Source of the DNA: an uncultured Acidimicrobiaceae bacterium | GTDB lineage: Bacteria > Actinomycetota > Acidimicrobiia > Acidimicrobiales > RAAP-2 | Direction: 5' to 3' | NCBI GenBank assembly: GCA_963717975.1 | Contig: OY970351.1 | Location: 2,129,729 to 2,193,728 of the forward strand | Length of the DNA stretch: 64,000 nt | Shown here: positions 1 through 15,480 of the stretch, one piece after another | How positions within the stretch are numbered: the stretch's first letter is position 1 | How the letters are laid out: the number at the start of each line of letters is the position of its first letter | Position numbers and translations under genes: made by a program | Notes under the pieces: generated by a model | Told to the model about the DNA's origin: nothing | The model's input: only the letters and a program-made list of their open reading frames with translations | Database searches by the model: none

Positions 1-1197
<1,197 letters not shown>

Positions 1198-1204
1198 ACG
1201 TTGA

Positions 1205-1238
1205 GCCCGTCGTCGGCAACGGCGGCGGGCTTGCCGTT
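1205..1238 (+). terminator. Possible hairpin terminator after rpoC
   Basis: GCCCGTCGTCGG-caa-CGGCGGCGGGC stem (1205-1230) followed by TTGCCGTT. The U-tract is weak. Confidence 0.3.
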
Positions 1239-1326
1239 CGAGGGTGTTTTGTCGTAGGATTGATAGTCCGCGTGCCGAGTCTTGGCGCGCTCCAGCAACG
1301 AAGTTCAATTAGAAGAGGTTTTCTGC

Positions 1327-1698
1327 GTGCCCACAATTGCACAGTTGGTCCGAAAGGGTCGACAGGACAAGGTTTCCAAGACCAAGACGCCGGCCCTGAA
1401 GGGGGCCCCGCAGCGTCGTGGTGTGTGTACCCGCGTCCACACCGTCACGCCGAAGAAGCCGAACTCCGCGCTTCGCAAGGTCGCGCGCGTTCGTCTCACC
1501 TCGGGCGTTGAGGTCACGGCCTACATCCCGGGCGTCGGCCACAACCTCCAGGAGCACTCGATCGTCCTCGTGCGTGGCGGCCGTGTGAAGGACCTGCCCG
1601 GTGTTCGCTACAAGATCATCCGCGGCGCGCTCGACACCTCCGGTGTGCGCGACCGCAAGCAGGCCCGCAGTCGTTACGGCGCCAAGAGGGAGAAGTAA
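1327..1698 (+). CDS. rpsL: 30S ribosomal protein S12
   Basis: ORF 1282..1698 trimmed to GTG 1327. [11 protein letters not shown]...[11 protein letters not shown] motif. Confidence 0.95.
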   Translation: MPTIAQLVRKGRQDKVSKTKTPALKGAPQRRGVCTRVHTVTPKKPNSALRKVARVRLTSGVEVTAYIPGVGHNLQEHSIVLVRGGRVKDLPGVRYKIIRGALDTSGVRDRKQARSRYGAKREK

Positions 1699-1701
1699 CC
1701 G

Positions 1702-2172
1702 ATGCCTCGTAAAGGCCCCGCCCTTCGCCGTGAGGTCCCCGTCGACCCGATCTACAAGTCGGTCCTCGTCACGCAGCTCACCAACAAGATCCTCGAGCGC
1801 GGCAAGCGCACGATCGCCGAGCGCATCGTCTACACCGCGTTGGAGCAGGTCGAGCAGAAGACCGGCACCGATCCCGTCGCGACCTTGAAGCGCGCCCTCG
1901 AGAACGTCCGTCCCGAGTTAGAAGTGAAGAGCCGACGCGTGGGTGGTACCACGTACCAGGTGCCGATGGAGGTTCGACCCCGTCGCGCCACTACACTGGC
2001 TATCCGCTGGTTGACGGATTTCGCGAAGAAGCGCCGCGAAAAGACCATGGCCGAGCGGCTCGCCAATGAAATCATTGACGCGAGTAACGGTGTCGGTGCT
2101 GCAGTGAAGCGTCGTGAGGACGTGGCCAAGATGGCCGAGTCCAACAAGGCCTTCGCGCACTACCGCTGGTAA
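1702..2172 (+). CDS. rpsG: 30S ribosomal protein S7
   Basis: 156-aa ORF, MPRKGP...YQVPMEVRP..., directly after rpsL. Confidence 0.97.
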   Translation: MPRKGPALRREVPVDPIYKSVLVTQLTNKILERGKRTIAERIVYTALEQVEQKTGTDPVATLKRALENVRPELEVKSRRVGGTTYQVPMEVRPRRATTLAIRWLTDFAKKRREKTMAERLANEIIDASNGVGAAVKRREDVAKMAESNKAFAHYRW

Positions 2173-2188
2173 TCAAAGAAAGCTCGAA

Positions 2189-4276
<2,088 letters not shown>

Positions 4277-4384
4277 AGCTGGGTGACCAGCGACAACAAG
4301 GTCCAAACCGTAGTCGGGGCGGGCCGAAACAAACAAGACGGATCCATTCGAACCCGTCGTTAGACAGAAAGTTAGTCCCCGACA

Positions 4385-5572
<1,188 letters not shown>

Positions 5573-5578
5573 GTATTG

Positions 5579-5902
5579 ATGGCCGACAACCGACAAATGA
5601 TTCGCATCCGGCTGAAGGCCTTCGACCACGGCGTCCTGGACCAGTCCACCGCGAAGATCGTGCAGACGGTCGAGCGAACGAACGCTCGCGTGCAGGGCCC
5701 GGTGCCGCTGCCCACCGAGAAGCATCGTTACACGGTCGTTCGTGGACCCCACAAGCACAAGGACTCGCGCGAGCACTTCGAGATGCGCGTGCACAAGCGC
5801 CTCTTGGACATCGTGGACCACACGGCCAAGACGGTCGACTCGCTCCAGCGACTCGACCTCCCGGCCGGTGTCGACATCGAGATCAAGATCCGCCAAGTCT
5901 GA
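5579..5902 (+). CDS. rpsJ: 30S ribosomal protein S10
   Basis: ATG 5579 lies 6 nt after the tuf stop. [10 protein letters not shown]...[13 protein letters not shown]. Confidence 0.95.
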   Translation: MADNRQMIRIRLKAFDHGVLDQSTAKIVQTVERTNARVQGPVPLPTEKHRYTVVRGPHKHKDSREHFEMRVHKRLLDIVDHTAKTVDSLQRLDLPAGVDIEIKIRQV

Positions 5903-6114
5903 TCGTCGGTCCCCGCACGGCTTTGCGCGCGCGGGGACTGATGCTGTACCATTAAAGGCCCCCTAAAAGCAGTTGTGGGGACAACAAACGAAGTGTTCAG
6001 TTGCCTTTCGGGGAACGCTGAACCGAACCAGTCGAGCGCTCCGTTCGGGTTTACTGACCCGGCGGAGCGTCTGTGTGTCGGACATCCGACGCCAGAGGAA
6101 GAGAAGAGGCACAC
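5903..6114 (+). promoter_or_regulatory. Structured 212-nt spacer between rpsJ and rplC (candidate r-protein leader or attenuator)
   Basis: Hairpins GTCCCCGC/GCGGGGAC (5909-5938), GTTCAG/CTGAAC (5995-6023) and nested CGCTCCG..CGGGT-ttactg-ACCCG..CGGAGCG (6037-6069). SD GAGGAAGAGAAGAGG precedes GTG 6115. Confidence 0.35.
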
Positions 6115-6774
6115 GTGGCGACCAAAGCGATCGTCGGCGAGAAGGTGGGCATGACCCAGGTCTGGGACGACCACAACCGGTCGATCCCGGTCACCGTGGT
6201 ACGTGTCAGCCCCGCTCGCGTCGTGCAGGTGAAGACACCTGAGAAGGAGGGCTACTCCGCCGTCCAGGTGACGTGGGGGACCCGGCGCACCTCGACGCTC
6301 TCCAAGCCCGAGCTCGGCCACTTCGAGAAGGCCGGCGTCACGCCCGGCAAGAAGCTCGTCGAGCTGCGTCTCGATGACGTCTCGGGCTACGAGGTCGGCC
6401 AGGAGATCCTCGCCGACGCCTTCGAAAAGGGCGAGATGATCGACGCCACCGCCGTCGCCAAGGGCAAAGGCTTCGCCGGCGCGATGAAACGCCACAACTT
6501 CTCCGGTCAGGGCGGCGCGCACGGTAACCACAAGCACCACCGCGCGCCCGGTTCCATCGGGGCCTGCGCTACGCCGGGTCGAGTGTTCAAAGGCACGAAG
6601 ATGGCCGGTCGCATGGGCGGCGGGCAGGTGACGACGACCAACCTCGAGATCATCTCGGTCGACGTCGAGCGCCACCTGGTGCTCGTCAAGGGCGCCGTAC
6701 CGGGTCCACGCGGCGGCACCGTGGTGCTGCGCACGTCGGTCAAGAATCCGATGAAGGCCGGAGGTGCACGATGA
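6115..6774 (+). CDS. rplC: 50S ribosomal protein L3
   Basis: ORF 6073..6774 trimmed to GTG 6115. KAIVGEKVGMTQVW... Confidence 0.92.
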   Translation: MATKAIVGEKVGMTQVWDDHNRSIPVTVVRVSPARVVQVKTPEKEGYSAVQVTWGTRRTSTLSKPELGHFEKAGVTPGKKLVELRLDDVSGYEVGQEILADAFEKGEMIDATAVAKGKGFAGAMKRHNFSGQGGAHGNHKHHRAPGSIGACATPGRVFKGTKMAGRMGGGQVTTTNLEIISVDVERHLVLVKGAVPGPRGGTVVLRTSVKNPMKAGGAR

Positions 6775-7448
6775 GCGACACGATTCTCCGCGGACCGATC
6801 AAGAAGGATCGACCGGCACCCGCCAAGCGTTCAGTGACCCGCCGGTCCCTCGACGGCGCCGAACTCGGCAAGGTCGCGCTCGAACCGACCTTCTTCGGCA
6901 TCGAGCCCAACATGGCCGTGCTGCACCAAGTGATCAAGGCCCAACTCGCGGCCAAGCGCTCGGGCACGCAGTCGACCAAGACCCGCAAAGAGGTGCGCGG
7001 GGGCGGCAAGAAGCCCTTCAATCAGAAGGGCACCGGCGGCGCACGTCAGGGCACCATCCGCGCGCCGCACTACCCCGGTGGTGGCATCGCGCTGGGACCC
7101 AAGCCGCGCAGCTACGACCAGAAGACGCCCAAGAAGATGATCCGCCTGGCGCTCTACTCCGCGCTCTCGGACCGCGCGGCCTTGAAGCGCGTCGCGGTGA
7201 TCGACAGTTTCGCCAAGTGGGAGACGCCCCGGACCAAGGACGCGATCGCGGCCCTGGAAGTCCTCGGTCTCGACGGCAAGGTCTTGGTGGTCCTCGGTCG
7301 CGGCGACGCGACCGCGCTTCGCTCGTTCCGCAACCTGATGAACGTGAAGACGATCGACGCCGGTGAGGTCAACGCCTACGACGTCCTCGACTGCGAGTGG
7401 ATCCTCTTCACCGACGAGACGTTGCCGACCCTGAAGGAGAAGAGCTGA
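6771..7448 (+). CDS. rplD: 50S ribosomal protein L4
   Basis: 225 aa. ATGA overlap with the rplC stop. KGTGGARQG motif. Confidence 0.95.
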   Translation: MSDTILRGPIKKDRPAPAKRSVTRRSLDGAELGKVALEPTFFGIEPNMAVLHQVIKAQLAAKRSGTQSTKTRKEVRGGGKKPFNQKGTGGARQGTIRAPHYPGGGIALGPKPRSYDQKTPKKMIRLALYSALSDRAALKRVAVIDSFAKWETPRTKDAIAALEVLGLDGKVLVVLGRGDATALRSFRNLMNVKTIDAGEVNAYDVLDCEWILFTDETLPTLKEKS

Positions 7449-7738
7449 TGCGCGATGCCATGAGCGTCCTGATTCGTCCCGTCGTGTCGGAGAAGACCTA
7501 CGCCCTGATGGACAAGGGCACGTACGTCTTCGTCGTCGACCCCCGTTCGACCAAGGTCGACGTGCGCAACGCCGTCGAGCGCACGTTCAACGTGAAGGTC
7601 ACGAACGTCAACACTCTCAACCGCAAGGGTAAGTCGACGCGCAATCGTCGCACCGGTGTCACGGGCATGAAGCCCGGCACGAAGCGGGCCATCGTCACGC
7701 TGCGAGCCGGTGACACGATCAACCTCTTCGAGAACTAA
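7448..7738 (+). CDS. rplW: 50S ribosomal protein L23
   Basis: ATG 7448 overlaps the rpl[14 protein letters not shown]... motif. Confidence 0.93.
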   Translation: MRDAMSVLIRPVVSEKTYALMDKGTYVFVVDPRSTKVDVRNAVERTFNVKVTNVNTLNRKGKSTRNRRTGVTGMKPGTKRAIVTLRAGDTINLFEN

Positions 7739-7746
7739 GGACGACC

Positions 7747-8580
7747 ATGGCGCTACGTCAACGCAAACCCACCAGTCCCGGTCGCCGCTTCCAGACGGTG
7801 TCGGACTTCGCCGACATCACCAAGACCCTGCCCGAGAAATCACTGCTCGACTCCAAGCCCAAGACCGGTGGTCGCAACAACTACGGCCGCAAGACCTCGC
7901 GTCACCGCGGCGGCGGTCACAAGCAGCAGTACCGCATCATCGACTTCAAGCGCAACAAGGACGCCATCCCGGCGCGCGTCGCGGCGATCGAATACGACCC
8001 GAACCGCACCTGTCGCATCGCGTTGCTGCACTACCTCGACGGTGAGAAGCGCTACATCCTCGCGCCCAACGGACTCAAGGTCGATGACATGGTGGAGTCC
8101 GGTCCCAAGGCCGACATCCGCACCGGCAACGCGCTGCCGATGCGCTTCATCCCGACCGGTTCCACGGTCCACAACGTCGAGCTTCGTCCCGGTGGGGGCG
8201 GCAAGATGGCGCGCAGCGCCGGTATGGGTGTGCAGATCGTCGCCAAAGAGGGTGCCTACGCCACGCTCCGTCTGCCATCGACCGAGATGCGTCGCGTCCC
8301 GATCGACTGTCGCGCCACGCTGGGCGTCGTCGGCAACTCTGAGCACGAACTCACGTCGATCGGTAAGGCCGGCCGCAACCGCTGGAAGGGTATCCGCCCC
8401 CAGACGCGCGGTGTCGCCATGAACCCGGTCGACCACCCACTCGGTGGCGGTGAAGGCAAGACGTCCGGTGGACGTCACCCGGTCTCCCCGTGGGGCCAGC
8501 CCGAAGGTCGTACGCGCTTGCCGAAGGCCTCGGACAAGTTGATTATTCGTCGTCGCCGTGGACGCGGCGCGCGGAGGTAG
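7747..8580 (+). CDS. rplB: 50S ribosomal protein L2
   Basis: 277 aa. [13 protein letters not shown] and [13 protein letters not shown] motifs. Confidence 0.97.
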   Translation: MALRQRKPTSPGRRFQTVSDFADITKTLPEKSLLDSKPKTGGRNNYGRKTSRHRGGGHKQQYRIIDFKRNKDAIPARVAAIEYDPNRTCRIALLHYLDGEKRYILAPNGLKVDDMVESGPKADIRTGNALPMRFIPTGSTVHNVELRPGGGGKMARSAGMGVQIVAKEGAYATLRLPSTEMRRVPIDCRATLGVVGNSEHELTSIGKAGRNRWKGIRPQTRGVAMNPVDHPLGGGEGKTSGGRHPVSPWGQPEGRTRLPKASDKLIIRRRRGRGARR

Positions 8581-8587
8581 GTAGAGA

Positions 8588-8866
8588 ATGTCACGAAGTC
8601 TCAAAAAGGGTCCCTTCATCGATGCCCACCTCTTGAAGAAGGTGGACGCGATGAACGCGGCGAACGAGAAGAGGGTCATCAAGACCTGGAGCCGTCGCTC
8701 GACGGTGATCCCCGACATGGTCGGGCACACCTTCGCGGTGCACGACGGCCGTCGTCACGTCCCGGTCTTCGTCAACGAGTCGATGGTCGGTCACAAGCTG
8801 GGGGAGTTCGCGCCGACGCGCACCTTCCGTTTCCACGCCGGCCAGGAAAAGACGGGTAAGCGCTGA
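8588..8866 (+). CDS. rpsS: 30S ribosomal protein S19
   Basis: 92 aa. SRSLKKGPF...[13 protein letters not shown]. Confidence 0.97.
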   Translation: MSRSLKKGPFIDAHLLKKVDAMNAANEKRVIKTWSRRSTVIPDMVGHTFAVHDGRRHVPVFVNESMVGHKLGEFAPTRTFRFHAGQEKTGKR

Positions 8867-9609
8867 TGACCGGTCCCAAGTTGAACGAACGCCCCGGCAC
8901 GCGCGCGACGCTGCGCGGCTACCACATGTCCGCGAGCAAGGCCCGCGTCGTCTTGAACCTCATTCGTGGTGAGGACGTCACGACAGCCCAAGAGATCTTG
9001 GCCGGCACGAACCGCGAGGCCGCCGACGTCATCGGCAAGGTCCTCGCCTCGGCCGTGGCCAACGCCGTCACGAACGACGCGATGCAGGCCGACGAACTCT
9101 TCGTCTCGGCCGCCTACGCCGATGAGGGCATCACCATGAAGCGCTTCACGCCGCGGGCGCGTGGACGCGCCGGCAAGATCCACAAGAAGTCCTGTCACAT
9201 CACGGTCATCGTGTCGCGCCTCGATGACGAGCGCCTCGCGACGTTGCGCAACGCGCGTAGCGCCCAGGCCGCCGTGTCGCGCACCCGACGCGTCGCGTCG
9301 TCGCGCCGCCGCGCCGATCAGCAGGCGAGCCTCAACAAGCGCGAGACCGCCGCCATCGAAGCGGCCGAGAACGAAGCCCGCGAGGCCGAGGCCAACGCCA
9401 ACACGATCGACGACGAGGCGTTGGAGACCGACGTCATGGAGTTCGACACCGTCGACACGCCGGTCGAGGACCTCGCGACCGACGTCCTCGACAGCGACGA
9501 GGCCGACCCCGACGAGACCGACGGCGACGACGCCGTGGTCGAAGCTCCGGCCGATGAAGCACCGGCCGACGAGACAGATTCGAACGACACCACTGAGGAG
9601 ACGAAGTAA
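8866..9609 (+). CDS. rplV: 50S ribosomal protein L22 with a long acidic C-terminal tail
   Basis: The N-terminal ~125 aa are L22-like ([11 protein letters not shown]...). The rest is a D/E/A/T-rich low-complexity tail. Confidence 0.93.
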   Translation: MTGPKLNERPGTRATLRGYHMSASKARVVLNLIRGEDVTTAQEILAGTNREAADVIGKVLASAVANAVTNDAMQADELFVSAAYADEGITMKRFTPRARGRAGKIHKKSCHITVIVSRLDDERLATLRNARSAQAAVSRTRRVASSRRRADQQASLNKRETAAIEAAENEAREAEANANTIDDEALETDVMEFDTVDTPVEDLATDVLDSDEADPDETDGDDAVVEAPADEAPADETDSNDTTEETK

Positions 9610-10556
9610 TGGGTCAGAAGGTAAACCCCTACGGTTTCCGTCTCGGGATCACGACGGACTGGAAATCACGCTGGTTCAAGGAGCGGGGCTACAAGGACCT
9701 CGTCATCGAGGACTGGAAGATCCGCGACTACCTGACCAAGCAGCTCGAGAGTGCCGCCGTGAGTCGCATCGAGATCGAGCGCAACTCGGACCGCATCCGC
9801 GTGGACATCCACACGGCGCGTCCGGGCATCGTCATCGGGCGCCGAGGCGCCGAGGCCGAGCGTCTGAAGAAGGACCTCGAGAAGATCACCGGTCAGAAGA
9901 ACAAGATCTCGTTGAACATCCAAGAGATCAAGCAGCCCGAACTCGACGCCGCGCTCATCGCGCAGGGTATCTGCGACCAGCTGCTTCGCCGCGTCGCCTT
10001 TCGCCGCGCGATGAAGCGCGGGATCCAGACGGTGCAGAAGGCCGGCGCCATGGGCGTCAAGATCCAGGCGTCGGGACGTCTCGGCGGGGCCGAAATGTCA
10101 CGTCGCGAGTCCTACCGCGAGGGCCGCGTGCCCCTGCACACGCTGCGTGCCGACATCGACTACGGCTTCCGCGAGGCCCGCACGTCGACTGGACGCATCG
10201 GCGTCAAGGTCTGGATCTACAAGGGCGACATCCTGCCCTACCAGCTGACCAACGACGAGAAGATCGTGCGCGAGGCGGCCATGGCCGCGGGCGACGCCGT
10301 GCCCGTCGGAGCCGCGGGCGTCTCCTCGGCACCGAAGGGTGTCGTGCGCGCCGGTGGTGGACGCCGACGCGTCGAGGCCGAGCCGGTTGAAGAGATCGTC
10401 GAAGAGATCGTCGTCGATGGCAACGACGTGGAGGCCGCGGACCTGCTCGCCGTGACCCCCGAGGTCGAGGCGCAGTTGAGTGTCGAAGAAGAGATCGAGC
10501 GCCGTACCGCCTCGGATCACAACGACATCCCGCACTTCCGGAAGGACGCTGAGTAA
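9609..10556 (+). CDS. rpsC: 30S ribosomal protein S3 with an acidic C-terminal extension
   Basis: 315 aa. [14 protein letters not shown]... KH domain. TAATG overlap with rplV. Confidence 0.96.
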   Translation: MGQKVNPYGFRLGITTDWKSRWFKERGYKDLVIEDWKIRDYLTKQLESAAVSRIEIERNSDRIRVDIHTARPGIVIGRRGAEAERLKKDLEKITGQKNKISLNIQEIKQPELDAALIAQGICDQLLRRVAFRRAMKRGIQTVQKAGAMGVKIQASGRLGGAEMSRRESYREGRVPLHTLRADIDYGFREARTSTGRIGVKVWIYKGDILPYQLTNDEKIVREAAMAAGDAVPVGAAGVSSAPKGVVRAGGGRRRVEAEPVEEIVEEIVVDGNDVEAADLLAVTPEVEAQLSVEEEIERRTASDHNDIPHFRKDAE

Positions 10557-10558
10557 TC

Positions 10559-10996
10559 ATGTTGATGCCCCGCAAGGTAAAGCACCGTAAGCAACAGCGC
10601 GGACGTCGCGGCGGCAACGCCAAGGGCGGCGTCGAGCTCAACTTCGGCGACTTCGGCATCCAGGCCCTGGAACGAGGCTGGATTACCGCGCGTCAGATCG
10701 AAGCGGCCCGTATCGCGATGACCCGTCACGTCAAGCGCGGTGGCAAGGTCTGGATCCGCGTCTTCCCGGACAAGCCCGTCACGCAGAAGCCGGCCGAGAC
10801 CCGCATGGGCTCCGGCAAGGGCAACCCCGAGTTCTGGGTCGCCGTCGTGAAGCCCGGCCGCATCATGTTCGAACTCGGTGGCGTCGACGAGGCGTTGGCG
10901 CGCGCCGCCATGGAGCGCGCCATCCAGAAGCTGCCCATCAAGGCCAAGTTCGTCGTTCGTCCCGGCACCCACGGGACGCCGGAAGTGAGCATCTGA
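10559..10996 (+). CDS. rplP: 50S ribosomal protein L16
   Basis: 145 aa. [15 protein letters not shown]... Confidence 0.97.
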   Translation: MLMPRKVKHRKQQRGRRGGNAKGGVELNFGDFGIQALERGWITARQIEAARIAMTRHVKRGGKVWIRVFPDKPVTQKPAETRMGSGKGNPEFWVAVVKPGRIMFELGGVDEALARAAMERAIQKLPIKAKFVVRPGTHGTPEVSI

Positions 10997-11235
10997 TGCC
11001 CAAGACCCGTGAACGTCTCGCCGAGATGCGCCTGTTGGGCGACCGTGAACTGCTCGAGCGACTCGCCGAGTCACGCCGCGAGCTCTTCAACATGCGCTTC
11101 CAACTCGCGACCGGCCAACTCGACAACTCGGCCCGCCTCAACGAGGTGCGCCGTGACATCGCGCGCCTCACTACGCTCGCGCGCCAGCGCGAGATCGCGG
11201 CCGCCGATGCGCTAGGAGAAGGTGAGCAGTCATGA
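10996..11235 (+). CDS. rpmC: 50S ribosomal protein L29
   Basis: 79 aa. [16 protein letters not shown] motif. Overlapping start/stop. Confidence 0.93.
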   Translation: MPKTRERLAEMRLLGDRELLERLAESRRELFNMRFQLATGQLDNSARLNEVRRDIARLTTLARQREIAAADALGEGEQS

Positions 11236-11507
11236 GTGACTCGAACGAAACCAACAGGGTGAACCCCCGCAAGGTCCGCGAGGGCATCGTCGTCTCGGAC
11301 AAGATGAACTCGACGCTGGTCGTGGCCGTCAACGAGCGCGTGAGCCACCCCCGATACGGCAAGACCGTCCAGCGCACGAAGAAGCTGTACGTGCACGACG
11401 AGAAGAACGAAGCCAAGATCGGCGACAAGGTCCGTGTCCAAGAGACCCGTCCCCTCTCGAAGCTGAAGCGCTGGCGCCTGACCGAAGTCGTGGAGCGTGC
11501 GCGATGA
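11232..11507 (+). CDS. rpsQ: 30S ribosomal protein S17
   Basis: 91 aa. [14 protein letters not shown]...HPRYGK. Confidence 0.95.
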   Translation: MSDSNETNRVNPRKVREGIVVSDKMNSTLVVAVNERVSHPRYGKTVQRTKKLYVHDEKNEAKIGDKVRVQETRPLSKLKRWRLTEVVERAR

Positions 11508-11872
11508 TCCAACAAGAGAGTCGACTCAAGGTCGCCGACAACTCCGGGGCGAAAGAGGTGCTGTGCATCCGCGTGCTCGGCGGTTCGCGCCGTCGCTACG
11601 CCTCGATCGGTGACGTGTTCATCGGCACGGTCAAGGAAGCGATTCCCGGCGCCGCCGTGAAGAAGGGCGACGTGGTGCGCTGCGTCGTCGTTCGCACGTC
11701 CAAGGAGAAGCGTCGTCCCGACGGCTCCTACATCAAGTTTGACGAGAACGCCGCGGTGCTGATCAACGACCAGCTGCAGCCGCGCGGCACGCGCATCTTC
11801 GGACCCGTGGGTCGCGAACTACGTGACAAGAAGTTCATGCGCATCATTTCGCTGGCCCCGGAGGTGCTGTAA
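11504..11872 (+). CDS. rplN: 50S ribosomal protein L14
   Basis: 122 aa. [18 protein letters not shown]. Confidence 0.98.
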   Translation: MIQQESRLKVADNSGAKEVLCIRVLGGSRRRYASIGDVFIGTVKEAIPGAAVKKGDVVRCVVVRTSKEKRRPDGSYIKFDENAAVLINDQLQPRGTRIFGPVGRELRDKKFMRIISLAPEVL

Positions 11873-12177
11873 TGAAGATCCATAAGGGTGACGAGGTGTT
11901 CGTGCTCGCGGGCAAGTTCCGCGGCGAGCGCGCCCACGTCGAAGAGGCGATGCCCGAGGCGAACAAGGTGATCCTCGACGGCCTCAACATCGCCAAACGA
12001 CACACCAAGCAGGCCGGCGCCACCATGCAGGCGGGCATCATCGACAAGTTGATGCCGCTCGACGCGAGCAACGTCGCGCTCTGGTGCGACGGCCACAAGG
12101 GACCGGCGAAAGTCGGCTACAAGACCGAAGACGGTGTCAAGCACCGCGTCTGTCGCAAGTGTGGAGAGGTCCTATGA
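11872..12177 (+). CDS. rplX: 50S ribosomal protein L24
   Basis: 101 aa. [11 protein letters not shown] motif. TAATG overlap. Confidence 0.95.
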   Translation: MKIHKGDEVFVLAGKFRGERAHVEEAMPEANKVILDGLNIAKRHTKQAGATMQAGIIDKLMPLDASNVALWCDGHKGPAKVGYKTEDGVKHRVCRKCGEVL

Positions 12178-12737
12178 CGACCGCTACCCGCCCGCGCCTG
12201 AAGGTGCGCTACGACGAAGAGATTCGTCGGGCGCTCAAAGAGGAGCTCGGCCTCGACAACATCATGCAGGTGCCGCGCCTCACGAAGATCGTCCTCAACT
12301 CGGGGGTCGGTAAGGCCACGCAACAGGCGTCGCTCCTCGAGGGCGCCCAGCGTGACCTCGAGCTGATCACCGGCCAAAAGCCGGTCGTCACGCGCGCCAA
12401 GAAGTCGATCGCGAGCTTCAAGCTGCGCGAGGAACAGCCCATCGGCGTGAAGGTGACGCTGCGCGGGGACCGCGCGTGGGAGTTCTTCGACCGACTCCTC
12501 AGTCTCGCGATTCCCCGTATCCGCGACTTCCGAGGTCTGTCGCCGAAGTCCTTCGACGGACACGGTAACTACACGTTCGGCATCAATGACCAGTTGATCT
12601 TCCCCGAGGTCGACTACGACAAGATCGACGCGCCACGTGGTTTCGACATCACGATCGTCACCACGGCCGCGACCGACGAGCAGGGCCGCGCATTCTTGCG
12701 AGCGTACGGCTTCCCCTTCAAGCAGGAGAACAAGTAA
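12174..12737 (+). CDS. rplE: 50S ribosomal protein L5
   Basis: ORF 12084..12737 trimmed to ATG 12174 (ATGA overlap with rplX). [10 protein letters not shown]... Confidence 0.94.
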   Translation: MTTATRPRLKVRYDEEIRRALKEELGLDNIMQVPRLTKIVLNSGVGKATQQASLLEGAQRDLELITGQKPVVTRAKKSIASFKLREEQPIGVKVTLRGDRAWEFFDRLLSLAIPRIRDFRGLSPKSFDGHGNYTFGINDQLIFPEVDYDKIDAPRGFDITIVTTAATDEQGRAFLRAYGFPFKQENK

Positions 12738-12739
12738 AT

Positions 12740-12925
12740 ATGGCGAAGAAAGCTCTTCGAATCAAGCAGCAGAAGACCCCGAAGTTCTCCACGCGTGCCT
12801 ACACGCGCTGCGAACGCTGTGGTCGTCCGCGCTCGGTGTACCGCAAGTTCGGCCTGTGCCGTATCTGTCTGCGCCTGATGGTGCACGCTGGCGAGATCCC
12901 CGGCGTGACCAAGGCGAGTTGGTAG
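12740..12925 (+). CDS. rpsN: 30S ribosomal protein S14, zinc-binding type Z (61 aa)
   Basis: CERCGR...CRIC four-Cys motif. Sits between rplE and rpsH. Confidence 0.95.
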   Translation: MAKKALRIKQQKTPKFSTRAYTRCERCGRPRSVYRKFGLCRICLRLMVHAGEIPGVTKASW

Positions 12926-12932
12926 GTAGATC

Positions 12933-13337
12933 ATGACAATGACCGACCCCATCGCCGACATGCTCACGCGGATCCGCAACGCGAACTCCGCGATGTTCGA
13001 CACCGTGAAGATGCCCAGTTCGAAACTCAAGGAGAACCTCGCGAAGGTCCTCGAGCGCGAAGGCTTCATCGCCGGCTTCACCGTCTCCAAGGTCGACGGC
13101 AAGCCCGGCAACCAACTCGAGATCGCCCTCAAGTACTCCGAGGACCGCAAGAAGACGATCATCGGCATCAAGCGCGTCTCCAAGCCAGGACTGCGGATCT
13201 ACAAGAAGTCCGACCAGATGCCCAAGGTCCTGGGCGGCGTCGGCGTGGCCGTCGTCTCGACGAGTCACGGCCTGATGACCGACCGCGAAGCCCGCAAGGC
13301 CAAGCTCGGTGGCGAGGTGCTCTGTTATGTCTGGTAG
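12933..13337 (+). CDS. rpsH: 30S ribosomal protein S8
   Basis: 134 aa. [13 protein letters not shown]. Confidence 0.97.
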   Translation: MTMTDPIADMLTRIRNANSAMFDTVKMPSSKLKENLAKVLEREGFIAGFTVSKVDGKPGNQLEIALKYSEDRKKTIIGIKRVSKPGLRIYKKSDQMPKVLGGVGVAVVSTSHGLMTDREARKAKLGGEVLCYVW

Positions 13338-13358
13338 TCGTTCCCCGGAGGTCCGCTG

Positions 13359-13898
13359 ATGTCGCGTATCGGCAATAACCCGATCACCGTGCCCGCTTCG
13401 GTCACGGTCAGCGTCGCCGACGGCGTCGCCACCGTGAAGGGACCGAACGGCACGATGAGCCGCGTCATTCCTGACGGCATCACGCTCGCCCAGGACGGCG
13501 ACGTACTGACCGTGTCGCGCCTGAACGACGAGACGCAGTACCGCTCGCTGCACGGCCTGACGCGCACGTTGATCGCCAACATGGTGATCGGCGTGACCGA
13601 CGGCTGGTCCAAGGAACTCGAGATCATCGGCGTCGGCTACCGCGCCGCCGCCGGGGGACCGGGCGTGCTCGACCTCGCCCTCGGTTTCTCGCACCCCGTC
13701 AAGTTCACCGCGCCCGACGGCATCACCTTCGAGGTCCCGCTGCCGACGCGCGTGATCATCAAGGGCGCCGACAAGGAGGTCGTCGGCCAGGTGGCCGCGT
13801 CCATCCGCAAGATTCGTAAGCCCGAGCCCTACAAGGGCAAGGGCGTGCGCTACCTCGGCGAACGAGTAGTGCGCAAGGCCGGAAAGGCGGCGAAGTAA
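13359..13898 (+). CDS. rplF: 50S ribosomal protein L6
   Basis: 179 aa. SRIGNNPI...PEPYKGKGVRY. Confidence 0.97.
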   Translation: MSRIGNNPITVPASVTVSVADGVATVKGPNGTMSRVIPDGITLAQDGDVLTVSRLNDETQYRSLHGLTRTLIANMVIGVTDGWSKELEIIGVGYRAAAGGPGVLDLALGFSHPVKFTAPDGITFEVPLPTRVIIKGADKEVVGQVAASIRKIRKPEPYKGKGVRYLGERVVRKAGKAAK

Positions 13899-14254
13899 TG
13901 CCACGAACCACCCTCGAACTACGCAAGCGTCGTCACAGGCGCATCCGTCAGCGCCTCTCGGGCACGGCCGATCGTCCGCGTGTCGCCGTCTCGCGCACCA
14001 ACAAGCACATCTCGGCCCAGATCATCGATGACGTCGCCGGACGCACGTTGGTCGCCGCCTCGTCGGTCGAGGCCGACCTCAAGTCAACGAGCGGCGGCAA
14101 CGTCGCCGGCGCCAAGGCCGTCGCGGACGTCCTCGCCACGCGCGCCAAGGCGGCCAACATCACCGCGGTCGTCTTCGACCGTGGCGGATTCGACTATCAC
14201 GGCCGGGTCGCGGCATTCGCCGACACGCTTCGCGCCGCCGGACTGGAGTTTTAA
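13898..14254 (+). CDS. rplR: 50S ribosomal protein L18
   Basis: 118 aa. [19 protein letters not shown]...[12 protein letters not shown]. Confidence 0.96.
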   Translation: MPRTTLELRKRRHRRIRQRLSGTADRPRVAVSRTNKHISAQIIDDVAGRTLVAASSVEADLKSTSGGNVAGAKAVADVLATRAKAANITAVVFDRGGFDYHGRVAAFADTLRAAGLEF

Positions 14255-14808
14255 TGCCCGATCTTGAACAGTTCGAAGAACGCACCATCAAGGTGAATCG
14301 CGTCTCGAAGGTCGTGAAGGGCGGACGTCGGTTCTCCTTCACGGCACTGATGGTGATCGGTGACGGCAAGGGCCGCGTCGGCCTCGGCTACGGCAAGGCC
14401 AAAGAGGCCGGCCTCGCCGTGCAGAAGGGCATCGAAGAGGCGCGCAAGAACCTCTTCGACGTGCCGCTCGCCGGCACGACGATCGTCTACCCGGTCCTCG
14501 GCGCCTCGGGTGCCGGCCGCGTGCTGATGAAGCCCGCCGCGCCCGGCACCGGCGTCATCGCCGGTGGCGCCGCGCGCGCCATCCTGGAGATGGCGGGCGT
14601 GAAGGACATCATCGCGAAGTCCCTCGGGTCTTCCAACGGCATCAACGTGGCCCACGCCACGATTGAAGGCCTCAAGCAGCTCCGTCGTCCCGAGGAGATC
14701 GCCGCCTCACGCGACAAGCCGGCCGACCACGTCATCCCGAGCGGGACGCTGCGCGCGTACCGTGAACGTCAGCGCGAGGGCGACCTCTTCAAGGTGACGG
14801 AGGGCTGA
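14254..14808 (+). CDS. rpsE: 30S ribosomal protein S5
   Basis: 184 aa. [17 protein letters not shown]. Confidence 0.97.
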   Translation: MPDLEQFEERTIKVNRVSKVVKGGRRFSFTALMVIGDGKGRVGLGYGKAKEAGLAVQKGIEEARKNLFDVPLAGTTIVYPVLGASGAGRVLMKPAAPGTGVIAGGAARAILEMAGVKDIIAKSLGSSNGINVAHATIEGLKQLRRPEEIAASRDKPADHVIPSGTLRAYRERQREGDLFKVTEG

Positions 14809-14809
14809 G

Positions 14810-14989
14810 ATGCTAAAAGTGACCCAAATCCGTTCCGGCATCGCCACCAAGCCCAAGCACCGCGGCACCCTGCGCGCGCTCGGGCTGCGCGGCATCGGCC
14901 AATCCAACGTGCTGCCTGATCGTCCCGAGATACACGGGATGATCGCCCGAGTGCCGCACCTCGTGAAAGTAGAAGAGGTCAACGAATGA
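14810..14989 (+). CDS. rpmD: 50S ribosomal protein L30
   Basis: Not in the ORF track (59 aa). Hand translation gives MLKVTQIRSGIATKPKHRGTLRALGLRGIGQSNVL...VKVEEVNE. ATG is 2 nt after the rpsE stop and the stop overlaps the rplO ATG. Confidence 0.9.
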   Translation: MLKVTQIRSGIATKPKHRGTLRALGLRGIGQSNVLPDRPEIHGMIARVPHLVKVEEVNE

Positions 14990-15471
14990 AGTTGCACGAT
15001 CTCAAGTCACCCGAAGGTTCCATCAAGCGCAAGAAGATCGTCGGTCGCGGCATCGGTGGTCGCGGCGGCAAGACGGCCGGACGAGGGACCAAGGGTCAAA
15101 AGGCCCGACGCCAGATCCCGGCCGGCTTCGAGGGCGGCCAGTTGCCGCTCCTCCAGCGGATCCCCAAGCTGAAGGGCTTCACCAACCCGTTCCGCGTCGA
15201 GTACACCCCGGTCAACGTCGACGCCCTGGCGATGCTCGGCGTGACCGACATCACGCTCGACGTGCTCGTCGAGCGCGGACTCGCACGGAAGAAGGACTTC
15301 GTGAAGGTCCTCGGCCGCGGTGCGCTGACGACCAAGTTGAACGTCACGGCACACCGGTTCTCGGCGTCGGCCAAGGCCGCCATCGAGGGCGCCGGTGGGA
15401 CCACGACCGAAGTGCCCCTGCCCTTCGCCGTCCGTCCCCCCGCCTCGGGCAACCAACACCAGAACCGCTAA
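14986..15471 (+). CDS. rplO: 50S ribosomal protein L15
   Basis: 161 aa. GRGIGGRGGKTAGRGTKGQKAR. Confidence 0.96.
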   Translation: MKLHDLKSPEGSIKRKKIVGRGIGGRGGKTAGRGTKGQKARRQIPAGFEGGQLPLLQRIPKLKGFTNPFRVEYTPVNVDALAMLGVTDITLDVLVERGLARKKDFVKVLGRGALTTKLNVTAHRFSASAKAAIEGAGGTTTEVPLPFAVRPPASGNQHQNR

Positions 15472-15480
15472 GGTCCAACA

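Noticed and set aside
9161-10390. 409-aa plus-strand ORF spanning rplV and rpsC in another frame
   Set aside because: It is an Arg/Pro/Ala-rich out-of-frame product overlapping two well-supported ribosomal genes.
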